NCBI GenBank assembly: GCA_963755915.1
Contig: CAVWLP010000003.1
Span: 1,280,001 to 1,344,000 of the forward strand
DNA length: 64,000 nt
From: an uncultured Phycisphaerales bacterium
Lineage (GTDB): Bacteria > Planctomycetota > Phycisphaerae > Tepidisphaerales > Tepidisphaeraceae
Direction: 5' to 3'
The notes under the pieces are model-generated. The model saw only the letters and a program-made list of their open reading frames with translations. It ran no database searches and was not told the DNA's origin. Position numbers and translations under genes: made by a program. Shown in pieces: positions 20,501 to 31,221 of this stretch (the first letter of the stretch is position 1; every line of letters begins with the position of its first letter).

Positions 20501-21100
20501 TTATATCCGGCGATTGGGGTCGGCGGAAATCAGGGAGAGGACTTCGGCGCGGCTGGTGGGGCTGTCTTTGAAGATTCCGCGGAGGGCGCTGGTGACCATG
20601 ACGCTGCCAGGTTTTTTTACGCCGCGGATGGTCATGCAGGTGTGAACGGCCTCGACGACGCAGGCGGCGCCGATGGGGTTCAACTCTTCCATCAGGGCAT
20701 CGGCGATTTGCGTGGTCAGGCGTTCCTGAACCTGGGGGCGGCGGGCGTAGCCCTCGACAAGGCGGGCGAGCTTGCTCAGGCCGACGACTTTTCCATCGGG
20801 CAGATAGGCGACGTGGGCGCGACCCATGAAGGGAAGCAGGTGGTGCTCGCAAACGGAATGGAAATCGATGTCGCGGAGAAGGACGATTTCGTCGTAGCGT
20901 TCGGTGAAAACGGTGCGGAGATGGGTGCGGGGATTTTCGCTGAGGCCGGAGAAAAGCTCGGCGTAGGTTCGGGCGACGCGCGCGGGGGTTTGGGCGAGTC
21001 CCTCGCGGTCGGGATTTTCGCCGACGGCGAGGAGGATTTCGCGAACCGCGCGTTCGATGCGCGGGTGGTCGACGGCGGGGGATCGGGGTTTGTCGGGCAT
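20501..21100 (-). CDS. folE: GTP cyclohydrolase I
   Basis: [44 protein letters not shown]. Confidence 0.95.
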   Translation of the reverse strand: MPDKPRSPAVDHPRIERAVREILLAVGENPDREGLAQTPARVARTYAELFSGLSENPRTHLRTVFTERYDEIVLLRDIDFHSVCEHHLLPFMGRAHVAYLPDGKVVGLSKLARLVEGYARRPQVQERLTTQIADALMEELNPIGAACVVEAVHTCMTIRGVKKPGSVMVTSALRGIFKDSPTSRAEVLSLISADPNRRI

Positions 21101-21180
21101 GGGAGGGGCTCTCCGAAAGGGGATTATAGGCGGCGCTGCGCGAGAGAGTAGAGTGGTAGATAGTAGAGCAGTAGACAAGA

Positions 21181-21221
21181 GCCCTCACCCCCACCCTCTC
21201 CCGGAGTACCGGGCGAGGGGG
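21181..21221. repeat. REP-like palindrome
   Basis: ccctcacccccaccctctcccggagtaccgggcgaggg; core identical to 27468-27494. Confidence 0.75.
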
Positions 21222-21415
21222 TAAGAGGGGGGAAGGGAACATGCGATTGCCTTGGGTGGGAATCACAAAATGTTTGGAAATTCCGTCGTGTTCGGTATTC
21301 ATTCGGCATGTTTGGATTGCCAATCTGCATTCTTATCAAAGCACGGGTCATTTTGTGCAAAGGCGTTGATTGAATCTCTGACCCCCCCGCCGTAATCTGT
21401 CCCGCCCTGTTACTT

Positions 21416-21859
21416 ATGTTGAAGACCAAGGTTTTGCATCCCGAAATGCTGGGAGGCCTAGCGTCGGCCGGCCATCTTGCCAAGGTGTTGATCAGCGATG
21501 GGAATTATCCCAGCAGCACGGTTCCCAATCCGCGCCGAAGGTTGTGTGGGCGAATTTTACGCCGGGCGTGGTGGATGCGTGCACGATCCTGCGGCTGGTG
21601 TGCGGGCAGATTCCGATTGAGGCGGTGGAAGTGATGGCACCGGCGCAGCGGGATGTATGCGATGCAGAATGATCCGCCGATCTGGGATGAGTACCGCAAA
21701 ATCCTCCGTGAGGAGGCGGATTTTCGCGGGGATCTCGTCCAGCACCAGAAACCGGAATTCAATGCGCAGGCGCGAAGCGAGAATTTGGCACTGGTGATCG
21801 CGACGGCGGAGACACAGATTTACGCGAATATTCTTTTGACGGTTGGAGTCGTTCAATAA
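21416..21859 (+). CDS. RbsD/FucU-family mutarotase (frameshifted)
   Basis: LHPEMLGGLASAGH..VLISDGNYP; VIATAETQIYANILLTVGVV. Confidence 0.8.
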
Positions 21860-21875
21860 CAAAAAGGAAAGAGCC

Positions 21876-23153
21876 ATGAAAAATGAAAATCGACCTAGGA
21901 CGCTGGGAACGAAGCCGAGTTTTGGATTTGGGGATCGGCTTGGTCTGGCGACGCCGGGACATGCGGCGGCGCTGAAGCGGAGCGGATCGGGGATTCTGCC
22001 GATCTTCGCGCAGCAGTCGATCCGGGAGATGACGCGGACGAGCCGGACGCCGCAGCAGGTGATGGAGGATGCGCAGAACGGGCTTCGGCAGGCGGGATAT
22101 ACGGGAATTCAGGGGGCGGACGCCGACCATTTGAAAACGCCGGCGGATGTGGAGAGGACGGCGCAGGCGGGGTTTGTCTTTTTCACGATCGATCCATCGG
22201 GGGAAGTGGACGCGAACGCGGACGATTACAACGCGGACCAGCTTGCGGAGAAATTCAAGCCGCTGGCGGGGGAGATTGCGTGGCTGGATCAGTATGAGGG
22301 AAAGAAAATCAAGCTTTTCAGTGGGACGACGATTGATTTTTCGTCGGCGGTGTGCCGGCGGGCGGCGGTGAAATATGGCCGGGCGATCGCGATGGCGACT
22401 AAGCTGGCGAAGCACATCGAGCAGACGGCTAGAAAATTGAATCAGCCGTTCGAGATTGAATTGAGCGTGGATGAGACGCCCAAGCCGACGACGCTGGCGG
22501 AGCATTTCATCATTGCCGACCAGTGCGTGAAGGCGGGGATGAAGCTGGTGAGCCTGGCGCCGAGGTTTATCGGGGAGTTCGAAAAGGGCGTGGATTACAA
22601 GGGGGACGTGAGCGGGCTGGAGAAATCGCTGAGCGATCATGCGGCGATCGCCAAACAGCTTGGGCCATATAAGCTGAGCCTGCACAGCGGGTCGGACAAG
22701 CTTTCGATTTATCCCTCGCTGGCGCGGGCGACGAAGGGACTGTTTCACGTGAAGACAGCGGGAACAAGCTACCTGGAAGCGCTGCGAACGGTGGTTCGCG
22801 TGGATCCGAAACTTTTTCGGGAAATCATCAAGCTTTCGCGCGAGCGGTATGACACGGACAAGGCGACGTATCACGTTTCGGCGACGCTGCAATCGGCGAA
22901 GCCGGCGGATCAGATTTCTGATGCGAAGGGATTGGAGAAAGCATACCTTGGGCTTTGGGCGGATGTGCCGAAGGGGACGGGGTTGAGCGATCTGGGCCGG
23001 CAGATCGTTCACTGCACGTTTGGGTCGGTGCTTTGCGACCCGAAGCTGGGGCCGCAGGTGAAGCAGTTGATTGCCGAAAATCAGTCGCTGTATACGCAGA
23101 TTCTGGACGAACATTTTGGGAAACATCTGGATGCACTGAAAGCAGGAATGTAA
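21876..23153 (+). CDS. uxaE: tagaturonate/fructuronate epimerase
   Basis: SFGFGDRLGLATPGH, AQQSIREMTRT, ADADHLKT, ELSVDET, SLHSGSDK, HVKTAGTSYLEALR. Confidence 0.9.
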   Translation: MKNENRPRTLGTKPSFGFGDRLGLATPGHAAALKRSGSGILPIFAQQSIREMTRTSRTPQQVMEDAQNGLRQAGYTGIQGADADHLKTPADVERTAQAGFVFFTIDPSGEVDANADDYNADQLAEKFKPLAGEIAWLDQYEGKKIKLFSGTTIDFSSAVCRRAAVKYGRAIAMATKLAKHIEQTARKLNQPFEIELSVDETPKPTTLAEHFIIADQCVKAGMKLVSLAPRFIGEFEKGVDYKGDVSGLEKSLSDHAAIAKQLGPYKLSLHSGSDKLSIYPSLARATKGLFHVKTAGTSYLEALRTVVRVDPKLFREIIKLSRERYDTDKATYHVSATLQSAKPADQISDAKGLEKAYLGLWADVPKGTGLSDLGRQIVHCTFGSVLCDPKLGPQVKQLIAENQSLYTQILDEHFGKHLDALKAGM

Positions 23154-23165
23154 GGAATTAAATTT

Positions 23166-24248
23166 ATGATCAATGTTAAAAATGCGAAGGACGCGAAGTT
23201 TGATCTGATGAGCCTGGGCGAATGCATGATTCGCCTCTCGCCGCCGGGGCATGGGCGAATTGAGTTTGCCAACACGCTGGAGGTTTGGGCGGGCGGCGGG
23301 GAATACAACGTGGCGTATGCCCTGGCGCGGCTGGGGCTGCGGACGGGGTTTGCCAGCCGGCTGGTGGATAATCCGGTTGGGAAGATCATTTTGAATCACG
23401 CCAGATCCGTGGGGATGGACGTGAGCCACGTGGCGATCGCGAAATATGACGGCGTTGGGCGGGCCGATCGGATCGGGCTGAATTTTACGGAGGTGGGGAC
23501 GGGCGTTCGCGCCAGCGTGACGATGTACGACCGCGGGCACTCGGCGGCGAGCAATCTGAAGCCGGGGATGATCGACTTCAAGAAACTTTTTAAAGAGCAG
23601 GGGAGCCGGTGGCTGCATACGGGGGGGATCTTTACCGCGCTTTCCGATGGGACGGCCGCGGTGTGCAAGGAGGCGATTCTGGCCGCCAAAGAGTCGGGGA
23701 CGATCATCAGCTATGACCTGAATTTTCGCTCGAAATTGTGGACGGCGCAGAAGGCGCAGCAGGTGACGAAGGAACTGGTGCCACACCTGGACTGCCTGAT
23801 CGGAAACGAAGAGGATTTCCAGAAGGTGCTGGGGTTCGAAGTGGAAGGGGTTGATGAGAATCTCTCGGCGCTGGATACGTCGGCGTATAAGAAGATGGTG
23901 GAGAAGGTCGTAAAGGCTTATCCGAATGTTAAGGTCGTCGGCACGACGCTGCGGGAAGTGAAATCGGGGCTGATCAATAACTGGTCGGCGATTTTGTATG
24001 TCGATGGGAAATTCTATGAGAGCAGGCGGTTTGATAATCTGGAGATCGAAGACCGGGTTGGCGGCGGAGATGGATTTTCCAGCGGGTTTGCCTACGGCTT
24101 CCTGACCGGGAAGACGCCGCAGGAATGCGTTGACCTGGGGGCGGCACACGGCGCACTGCTTCAGACGACGCGCGGGGATACGAGCATGATCGACCTGGAA
24201 GAATTGACGCATGTGTTCAAGGGCGGGAGCGCCCGGATCAAACGGTGA
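23166..24248 (+). CDS. kdgK: PfkB sugar kinase, 2-keto-3-deoxygluconate kinase-like
   Basis: GGGEYNVA, SYDLNFRSKLW, GNEEDF, DRVGGGDGF. Confidence 0.8.
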   Translation: MINVKNAKDAKFDLMSLGECMIRLSPPGHGRIEFANTLEVWAGGGEYNVAYALARLGLRTGFASRLVDNPVGKIILNHARSVGMDVSHVAIAKYDGVGRADRIGLNFTEVGTGVRASVTMYDRGHSAASNLKPGMIDFKKLFKEQGSRWLHTGGIFTALSDGTAAVCKEAILAAKESGTIISYDLNFRSKLWTAQKAQQVTKELVPHLDCLIGNEEDFQKVLGFEVEGVDENLSALDTSAYKKMVEKVVKAYPNVKVVGTTLREVKSGLINNWSAILYVDGKFYESRRFDNLEIEDRVGGGDGFSSGFAYGFLTGKTPQECVDLGAAHGALLQTTRGDTSMIDLEELTHVFKGGSARIKR

Positions 24249-25216
24249 ATGAAGCGATGAAAATTTTATTGACGACGACGAGTTTTCAGGACACGCCTGG
24301 GCCGCATCACGAGGCGCTGAAGAAATCGGGATTTGAGATCGTGACGGCGCGCGGGCCGCTGACCGAAGCGGAAATGCTCGACCACGCCAAGGCGGGGTTC
24401 GATGGATTTCTGAATGGCGATGATGTGATCACCGCGGCGGTAATCGACGCGGCGCTGCCGAAGCTGAAGGTGATCGCGAAATATGGGATTGGGCTGGATT
24501 CGATCGACGTGAAGCATGCGACCGCGAAGAAAATTCCTGTGCTCTTTACGCCGGGCGTGAATCATACGACGGTGGCGGAGCATTGCTTTGGGCTGATGAT
24601 CGCGCTGGCGAAACATTTTTGGCCGCACCTTCGCTCGACGAAGAAGGGGGAATGGAAGCGGATCACGGGCAACGAGCTTTACGGCAAGAAAATCGCCGTG
24701 CTGGGCGTGGGGCGGATTGGGAAGGAAATCATCAAGCGGGCCAGGGCGTTTGATATGAAATCCGTCGGCTATGACCTCTATTGGGACGAGAATTTTGCGA
24801 AGGAGTATGACGTTCCGCGGGCGGGAACCGTTTTGGAGGCGGTTCGCGATGCGGATGTGGTTTCGCTGCACATGAACCTGGACGATAAGAATCGCGGGAT
24901 GTTCAACAAGGACCTGCTGAGCAAGATGAAGAAGGGTGCTTGGCTGATCAATACGGCCCGCGGCGGGCTGGTGGTTGAAAAGGATATCGCCGAGGCTTGC
25001 AAGAGCGGGCACCTTGGGGGATATGCCACGGACGTGCTCGACAAGGAGCCGCCGGCGGCGGACCATCCGTTCCGGGAGATCGATAATATCATCGTCACGC
25101 CGCATGTGGGAAGCCGGACGCTGGAGAGCGTCGAGCGGCAGGCGATGCGGGCGGTGCTCAACCTCGTCAATTTCCTCAAGGGCGACAAGGACTATATTCA
25201 AGCAAATCAGTTCTAG
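24245..25216 (+). CDS. D-2-hydroxyacid dehydrogenase (phosphoglycerate DH-like)
   Basis: GIGLDSID, VAEH, GVGRIG, INTARGGLV, TPHVG. Confidence 0.88.
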   Translation: MNEAMKILLTTTSFQDTPGPHHEALKKSGFEIVTARGPLTEAEMLDHAKAGFDGFLNGDDVITAAVIDAALPKLKVIAKYGIGLDSIDVKHATAKKIPVLFTPGVNHTTVAEHCFGLMIALAKHFWPHLRSTKKGEWKRITGNELYGKKIAVLGVGRIGKEIIKRARAFDMKSVGYDLYWDENFAKEYDVPRAGTVLEAVRDADVVSLHMNLDDKNRGMFNKDLLSKMKKGAWLINTARGGLVVEKDIAEACKSGHLGGYATDVLDKEPPAADHPFREIDNIIVTPHVGSRTLESVERQAMRAVLNLVNFLKGDKDYIQANQF

Positions 25217-25272
25217 CTTGCCGCTTCTTGTGGTAGTCTTTCCGACCGAACTTAAAGAACGGAGTTTCGAAC

Positions 25273-26802
25273 ATGCCTCAAACCGCCGTCGCTGATATTG
25301 GGTTGATCGGTCTTGCTGTGATGGGTGAAAATCTGGCATTAAACATTGCCGATCACGGGTTCAAGGTTGCGGTGTACAACCGAACCACCGCGGTGATGCA
25401 GAAATTCATCGCTCGCGAAAAACCGCCGGGTGGGTTGGTGGGTTGCGAAACGGTTAAGGACTTGGTCCAGGCGATTAAGAAGCCGCGGAAGTTTATCATT
25501 CTGGTGAAGGCCGGCCCGCCGGTCGATGCGGTCACGAAGGAATTGATCGACGCCGGTGTGGAGAAAGACGACATTATCGTCGATTGCGGCAACTCGCTGT
25601 GGACGGACACGATCCGCCGTGAGAGGGATTACGCGGCCAAGTGCAAGTTTTTCGGGTCGGGGGTTTCGGGTGGGGAACTTGGGGCGCGGTTTGGGCCGTC
25701 GATGATGCCTGGGGGCGATCCGGATTCGTGGAAGCATCTTAAGCCGATCTGGGAAGCGGTCGCGGCCAAGGTGGATGCGAAGACCGGCAAGCCGATCGAG
25801 AATTATGCGCCGGGCAAACCGGTGATCGGCGGGCGTGCCGTGCACGGCCTACATCGGGCCGAACGGGGCCGGGCACTATGTGAAGATGGTGCACAACGGG
25901 ATCGAATACATCGACATGCAGCTCATCGGCGAAGCCTACTGGCTGCTGGTCAATCTGCTCGGGGTGAAGGCGCCGGACCTGTCTAAGATTTTCGCGCAGT
26001 GGAACCAGGGGGATCTGGATTCCTATCTGATCCAGATCAGCGCCGACATTTTGCAGCAGAAAGACCCGCTGCATCCCGAGGGATATTTCGTGGATTACGT
26101 GCTGGATGCGGCCGGACAGAAGGGAACCGGGAAATGGACGAGCACCAACGCGCTGGACATGGGGATTCCCGCCAACGCGATCGCCGAGGCGGTTTTCGCG
26201 CGTTGCATCTCGGCGCTGAAGGAAGAGCGCGTTGGAGCGTCAAAGCGCTCAAGGGCCCGGACCCGGCTTACAAGGGGGATCGCGACGAGCTGATCAACGC
26301 GGTGCGCGATGCGCTTTACTGCTCGAAAATCTGCGCGTATGCCCAGGGCTTTCAATTGATGCGGGAGGCGCAGAAGGAATACAAGTGGAAGCTGAACTTT
26401 GCCGAGATCGCGGCGATCTGGCGCGGCGGGTGCATCATCCGGGCGCGGTTCCTGCAGAAGATCACCGATGCGTATAACCGCAATTCCGACCTGGTGAACC
26501 TGCTGCTGGATCCCTACTTCGGCGAGCAGATCACCAAGTCGCAGGGCAACTGGCGGAAAGTGATCGGTCTCTCCGCGAGCAACGGCATTCCCGCGCCGGC
26601 GTTCATGAGCGCCCTGGCGTATTACGACGGTTATCGCAGCGCCCGTCTGCCGGCCAACCTGCTGCAGGCGCAGCGGGATTATTTCGGGGCCCACACCTAT
26701 GAGCGGGTGGACTCTCCGCGCGGAAAATTCTTCCATCTCGACTGGCCCGAACCCAAGCGCCCGCAGATTGCGATTCAGCCGGGCAGCGGGGGCGGGCACT
26801 AG
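25273..26802 (+). CDS. gnd: 6-phosphogluconate dehydrogenase, decarboxylating (2 frameshifts)
   Basis: [61 protein letters not shown]. Confidence 0.93.
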
Positions 26803-26817
26803 CGATTTCGCCGACTT

Positions 26818-27321
26818 ATGCCTCGACGCGGAACCTTTTACGCGATCACCCCGGAAGAAGCGGAGCGGCTGCTCGCGCTGGTCGGGAACGACATGGAGTT
26901 GGCGAAGGAATGCCTCGAGCTCTGGACGCCCGAGCGCCAGCGGCAACGCTTCATCGCCCCCGCCGATCACGCATGGGAAGTGCTCCACCGCTGCCTGGCG
27001 GATGGGACGTTGCGCGGAATCGGCGCCGGTTCAGACCCGCTGCAGTGGTGCGTGCTGGGCGGCAAAAACCTCCACCAGGGCAAAGAATACATCGTCTGCT
27101 ATGTCACGCCGGAGCAGACGGCGAAAGTGGCCGAGGAGCTGGATGACATTGATGTCGAGTGGTTCGTGGGACGATACAAACTGCTTCCCACGGCGGGATA
27201 TACGGGGCCGATCGATAACGAGGATTTTCAATACAACTGGGAGTATTTCACCAACGTGCGGAACCTGTATTCGAAGGCGGCGGGGGATGGGCGCGGGGTG
27301 GTGTTTGTGACGGATCAGTGA
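26818..27321 (+). CDS. YfbM/DUF1877-like protein
   Basis: DHAWEVLHRCL, VLGG..L, acidic 167-aa ORF ending GRGVVFVTDQ. Confidence 0.65.
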   Translation: MPRRGTFYAITPEEAERLLALVGNDMELAKECLELWTPERQRQRFIAPADHAWEVLHRCLADGTLRGIGAGSDPLQWCVLGGKNLHQGKEYIVCYVTPEQTAKVAEELDDIDVEWFVGRYKLLPTAGYTGPIDNEDFQYNWEYFTNVRNLYSKAAGDGRGVVFVTDQ

Positions 27322-27357
27322 ATCCGGACAGCGCTGGGCAATGTTAGAATGAGAGGT

Positions 27358-27496
27358 TCCCTCTTACCCCCTCGCCCGGCATGCGGGAGGCAGTCCTCCG
27401 GGAGAAGGTTGGGATGAGGGCCTAAAGCGAATCACGCAGAAAACGGCCCTCACCCGCGCTGCGCTTGCCCTCTCCCGGAGTACCGGGCGAGGGGAA
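27358..27496. repeat. inverted pair of REP-like palindromes
   Basis: cccctcgcccgg...ccgggagaaggttgggatgagggcc and ggccctcacccg...ccctctcccggagtaccgggcgagggg. Confidence 0.7.
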
Positions 27497-27566
27497 AGTC
27501 TTCGGCAATCATTTTGCGTACCTATCACGGGGATTTCGGGATATCATTCTGGCTTACAGGAATCGT

Positions 27567-27784
27567 ATGACGGCAATTCTGGAAAAAGCGTTTCATAAGG
27601 CTTCGGGTTTGCCGAAAGGCGCGCAGGCGCAGTTGCGCGACAGATGCTCGACGACATCGAAGCGGAACTGAAGTGGGATAAGACGCTGGCAAATTCGCAG
27701 CCACTGATTGAGAAGATGGCGGGCAAAGCCCGTCGGGACAGAAAACGCAGAAAGACGGTCCGCAAAGGGTTCGACGAGTTGTGA
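27567..27784 (+). CDS. putative antitoxin (frameshifted)
   Basis: MTAILEKAF..LP..Q / ELKWDKTLANSQ..LIEKMA..GFDEL*; overlaps the toxin start. Confidence 0.65.
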
Positions 27785-28050
27785 CTTCGGAGCTCACCGC
27801 CGATTTCCGCGCCTGCTTCAGACGGCTGCCGGATCGTATTAAGCGTCAGGTGCGCAGGAATTATAAAATTTGGAAGCGAAATTCATCACATCCGAGCCTC
27901 GATTTCAAGCGGGTGGGCAGGCTGTCGCCGGTATACTCCATTCGCGTGGGGCTGGGGTGGAGAGCCCTTGGGCTGGTTGAGCACGATACCGTGACTTGGT
28001 TTTGGATTGGCTCGCACGCCGAATATGATCGGCTGGTCAGGCGAGTTTAA
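27781..28050 (+). CDS. RelE/ParE-superfamily toxin
   Basis: HPSLDFKRV, YSIRVGLGWRALG, WFWIGSHAEYD. Confidence 0.8.
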   Translation: MTSELTADFRACFRRLPDRIKRQVRRNYKIWKRNSSHPSLDFKRVGRLSPVYSIRVGLGWRALGLVEHDTVTWFWIGSHAEYDRLVRRV

Positions 28051-28068
28051 AGAGGATTTGAATTCAAT

Positions 28069-29163
28069 ATGGCTACCAACTTTATCATCCCCCCCAAGCT
28101 TCACAACGATCTGGTCGCGGCGGCGTATCGCCATCGCGGATACACTGCCGACGAAGCCGCGGCCGGCGCGAAGTTTTCGGAACTGACCGCGTGGCACGGG
28201 ATCAAAACCCACAATGCGATCAAGGCGCTGCACCTCGATGAACTGTTCGGCTCCAAAGCCGGGGGCTGCAAGCCGGGGGCGAAGATTGAGAAGCTGCCGA
28301 CCAAATTTAAAGCCGTGCAGAAATGGAACGCCAACCGCAAGCTGGGGCAGGCGACGGCTTTTGAGGCGATGGACGCAGCGATGAAAATGGCGGATGAATT
28401 CGGGGTGGGCGTCGTCGCCGTCGATAATGCGTTTCACTATCTCTGGGGCGGTGGATATGTGATCGACGCGGCCAACAAGGGGTATATCGCCTACACGTCC
28501 TGCACCGCGGCTTTGGCGGAGGTCGTTCCCTTCGGCGGAAAGTTTCCGACGCTGGGGACCAATCCGCATAGCTGGGGTTTTCCGACCAAAGACGTCATTG
28601 GGTTCCCCATCTGCATCGACTGGGCGACGAGCACCGTCGCCATGGGGCGGGTGCAGCAGTTCCTGCGGGAAGGCAAGCAGCTTCCGGCGGGCTGCGGCGT
28701 TGATAAAGACGGCAACGAAACGACCGATCCCGCCAAGATCGTTGCGCTGATGACTTTCGGGCAGCACAAGGGGTATGGCCTGTCGCTGATCGACGAGATT
28801 TACGCGGCTTACATCGGCGGGTCGCTGCCGACGATTCGCAACCGGTGGGACAAGGTTCCGGCGGGCGAAAAAGGAACCTGCTGCTTCTTCTTCCAGTGCA
28901 TTCATCCCGAAGCAATCTCCAGCGGCTCGTTCGCGGCCGGGCGCTCGCAAAAGGAAAACGTAAAAGCCGTGCTGGCAGACATCATGGGCCACGGCAACAG
29001 CGGGGCGATGCTTCCCGGGCAGATCGAAGCCAACGGGGCGGCGCTGAGCGCCAAGCACGGCGGCCTGCTTTTCACGCCCGCCGAGGTCGATGCGCTCGAG
29101 CAGATCGCCCAGGAAGCCGAGTTCAAATTCGATCGATCGCAACTTCAGAAAGTGGAGCTTTAA
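28069..29163 (+). CDS. Ldh_2 (malate/L-lactate/ureidoglycolate type 2) oxidoreductase
   Basis: HGIKTH, LGTNPHSWG, DWATS, GNETTDP, GQHKGYGLSL. Confidence 0.82.
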   Translation: MATNFIIPPKLHNDLVAAAYRHRGYTADEAAAGAKFSELTAWHGIKTHNAIKALHLDELFGSKAGGCKPGAKIEKLPTKFKAVQKWNANRKLGQATAFEAMDAAMKMADEFGVGVVAVDNAFHYLWGGGYVIDAANKGYIAYTSCTAALAEVVPFGGKFPTLGTNPHSWGFPTKDVIGFPICIDWATSTVAMGRVQQFLREGKQLPAGCGVDKDGNETTDPAKIVALMTFGQHKGYGLSLIDEIYAAYIGGSLPTIRNRWDKVPAGEKGTCCFFFQCIHPEAISSGSFAAGRSQKENVKAVLADIMGHGNSGAMLPGQIEANGAALSAKHGGLLFTPAEVDALEQIAQEAEFKFDRSQLQKVEL

Positions 29164-29165
29164 CC

Positions 29166-29970
29166 ATGTCGTACAACGGGTTTGATATTTCCGGAAAAGT
29201 GTGCCTGATCACCGGCGGCACCAGCGGGCTTGGCAAGGCGATTTCGCTCGGCTTCGCAAAGGCGGGGGCGAAGGTGGTGGCCGGCTCGACCACGGCGGGA
29301 AAAGTTGACGCGATGCGCAACGAACTGGGGGCAGGCAATGACGCGATCCAGGTCGATGTGGCCAACGAGCAAAGCGTCGTTGCCGCGATGAGCCATGTCG
29401 CGAAGAAATATGGAAGGCTCGATGCCGTTGTAAACGCCGCCGGCGTGATTCAGCGCAAGCCGTCGCTGGAGGTTTCCGTGGAGGAATTCGAGCGGATCGT
29501 GCGGATCAACCTGACGGGCAGCTTCATCGTCGCGCGAAGCGGCGCGGATCATGAAGGAACAGGCGCCGGATAGCCGCGGCCAGCGCGGGACGATCGTCTT
29601 CATTGCCTCGCTGAACAGCTTTATCTCGCTGAGCGAGGTGCTGGCTTATGCTTCGAGCAAATCCGGCGTGCTTGGGCTGATCCGCGGGCTGGCGAACGAG
29701 TGGGCGAGGTTTGGCATTCGCGTGAACGGCATCGCTCCGGGCCTTTTCCCGACGGATTTGAACCGCTCGCTGATTGAAAATACGCCGCGCGGCGACTTCA
29801 TGAGGGAGCACACGCCCGTCGGCCGGTTCGGCGACGCCGAGGAACTGGTCGGCGCGGCGATTTACCTGGTTTCCCCGGCGGCCAGCTTTACCGCCGGGCA
29901 TACGATGATCGTTGACGGCGGATTCATGTCGCGCGGGGTTGGCTTTCCGACGGCCGCCACGCCAAAATAA
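29166..29970 (+). CDS. SDR oxidoreductase, KduD/gluconate-5-DH-like (frameshift ~29535)
   Basis: TGGTSGLG, VNAAG, YASSK, VNGIAPG, VDGG. Confidence 0.82.
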
Positions 29971-29985
29971 ACCGCGCCAAAAATA

Positions 29986-30546
29986 ATGGGAACTTTTGTG
30001 GCCCGCTTTTACGAAAAACTTACGGTCGAGCTTCGCGAATTCATCGCCCAGCAGCATCTGTTTTTCGTCGCCTCCGCGGCCCGCGAAGGGCGGATCAATC
30101 TCTCCCCCAAGGGAATGAACACGTTTCGAATCCTCGCGGATGACCGCGTGGGGTACCTTGACCTGACCGGCAGCGGCAACGAAACGGCCGGGCATATTCT
30201 TCACGACGGCCGGCTGACGATTATGTTCTGCTCGTTCAACGAAAAGCCGCTGATCTTACGGCTCTATGGGCGCGGAGAGGTGGTCGGGCAAAGTGAGGGC
30301 GCATGGCCCGAGCTTATTGGCCGTTTTGATGAGATGCCCGGCCAGCGGCAAATCATCCTGCTGCAAATCGAGTCGCTGCAAACCTCCTGCGGTTTCGGCG
30401 TGCCGATGTATCAACTTGTTGAAGATCGCTCGACGCTGGTCCAGTGGTCGGAAAAGAAAGGCCCTGAGGGACTGCAGAAATACCGGACGGAGAAAAATCG
30501 CCGGACGATCGATGGACTGGAGACAGGAATCCCGTTTGGAACATAA
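29986..30546 (+). CDS. pyridoxamine 5'-phosphate oxidase-family protein
   Basis: INLSPKG, YLDLTGSGNET, QTSCGFGVP. Confidence 0.85.
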   Translation: MGTFVARFYEKLTVELREFIAQQHLFFVASAAREGRINLSPKGMNTFRILADDRVGYLDLTGSGNETAGHILHDGRLTIMFCSFNEKPLILRLYGRGEVVGQSEGAWPELIGRFDEMPGQRQIILLQIESLQTSCGFGVPMYQLVEDRSTLVQWSEKKGPEGLQKYRTEKNRRTIDGLETGIPFGT

Positions 30547-30554
30547 AGATGTTG

Positions 30555-30666
30555 AACCACGGATTACACGGATTTCATGGATAAAAAAGAAAAACGCTCT
30601 TATCCGTGCCCATCCGTGAAATCCGTGGTCGTTTCAATTTCTTCGCGTCCTTCGCGCCTTCGCGGT
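30555..30666. repeat. intergenic 9-mer-periodic inverted repeat plus CGCG-type short repeats
   Basis: accacggattacacggatttcatggat...atccgtgcccatccgtgaaatccgtggt; cttcgcgtccttcgcgccttcgcgg. Confidence 0.65.
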
Positions 30667-30677
30667 AATATCGAGCG

Positions 30678-31196
30678 ATGATCGAAACTCTCAAATCCCA
30701 CATTCGGGACATCGCCGATTTCCCCAAGCCCGGCGTCCTTTTCCGCGACATCACCCCCCTGCTGGCGAGCCCGTCGGCGATGGCGCTGTCGATCGAGCTG
30801 CTGGCAAATCCATTTCGTGGGAAGGGAATCGATTTAGTCGTGGGCGCGGAGAGCCGGGGGTTTATTTTCGGAACCGCGGTGGCGATGTGTCTCTCGGCCG
30901 GATTCGCGCTGGTGAGGAAGCCGGGAAAGCTTCCTCACCAGCGGATCTCAATGACGTATGACTTAGAATACGGAACGGACACGCTGGAGATGCATGCCGA
31001 CGCGATCGTCAGGGGTCAGCGGGTGCTGATCGTCGACGACGTCCTGGCCACCGGGGGCACGATGAAGGCGTGCTGCGATCTGGTGGATCGTCTCGGTGGC
31101 GAGCTGGCCGGCATCGCCGTACTCATCGAGCTCGTCGGCCTCAACGGTCGCGCCAAAATTGCTCCCAGAGGGGTTCATTCCGTACTCCAATACTAA
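30678..31196 (+). CDS. apt: adenine phosphoribosyltransferase
   Basis: DFPKPGVLFRDITPLL, ESRGF, RKPGKLP, IVDDVLATGGT. Confidence 0.95.
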   Translation: MIETLKSHIRDIADFPKPGVLFRDITPLLASPSAMALSIELLANPFRGKGIDLVVGAESRGFIFGTAVAMCLSAGFALVRKPGKLPHQRISMTYDLEYGTDTLEMHADAIVRGQRVLIVDDVLATGGTMKACCDLVDRLGGELAGIAVLIELVGLNGRAKIAPRGVHSVLQY

Positions 31197-31221
31197 ATAC
31201 TCACGAATCATCGGCCATCAA

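Noticed and set aside
20481-21323. N-terminal extension of the 909-aa ORF 18594..21323
   Set aside because: It overlaps folE in another frame and is Arg/Pro-rich; the real start is probably 20480.
21759-24212. Long antisense ORFs (817 aa here; also 5610..7181, 36229..37278, 52155..53123)
   Set aside because: Shadow frames of high-GC genes with no recognisable motifs.
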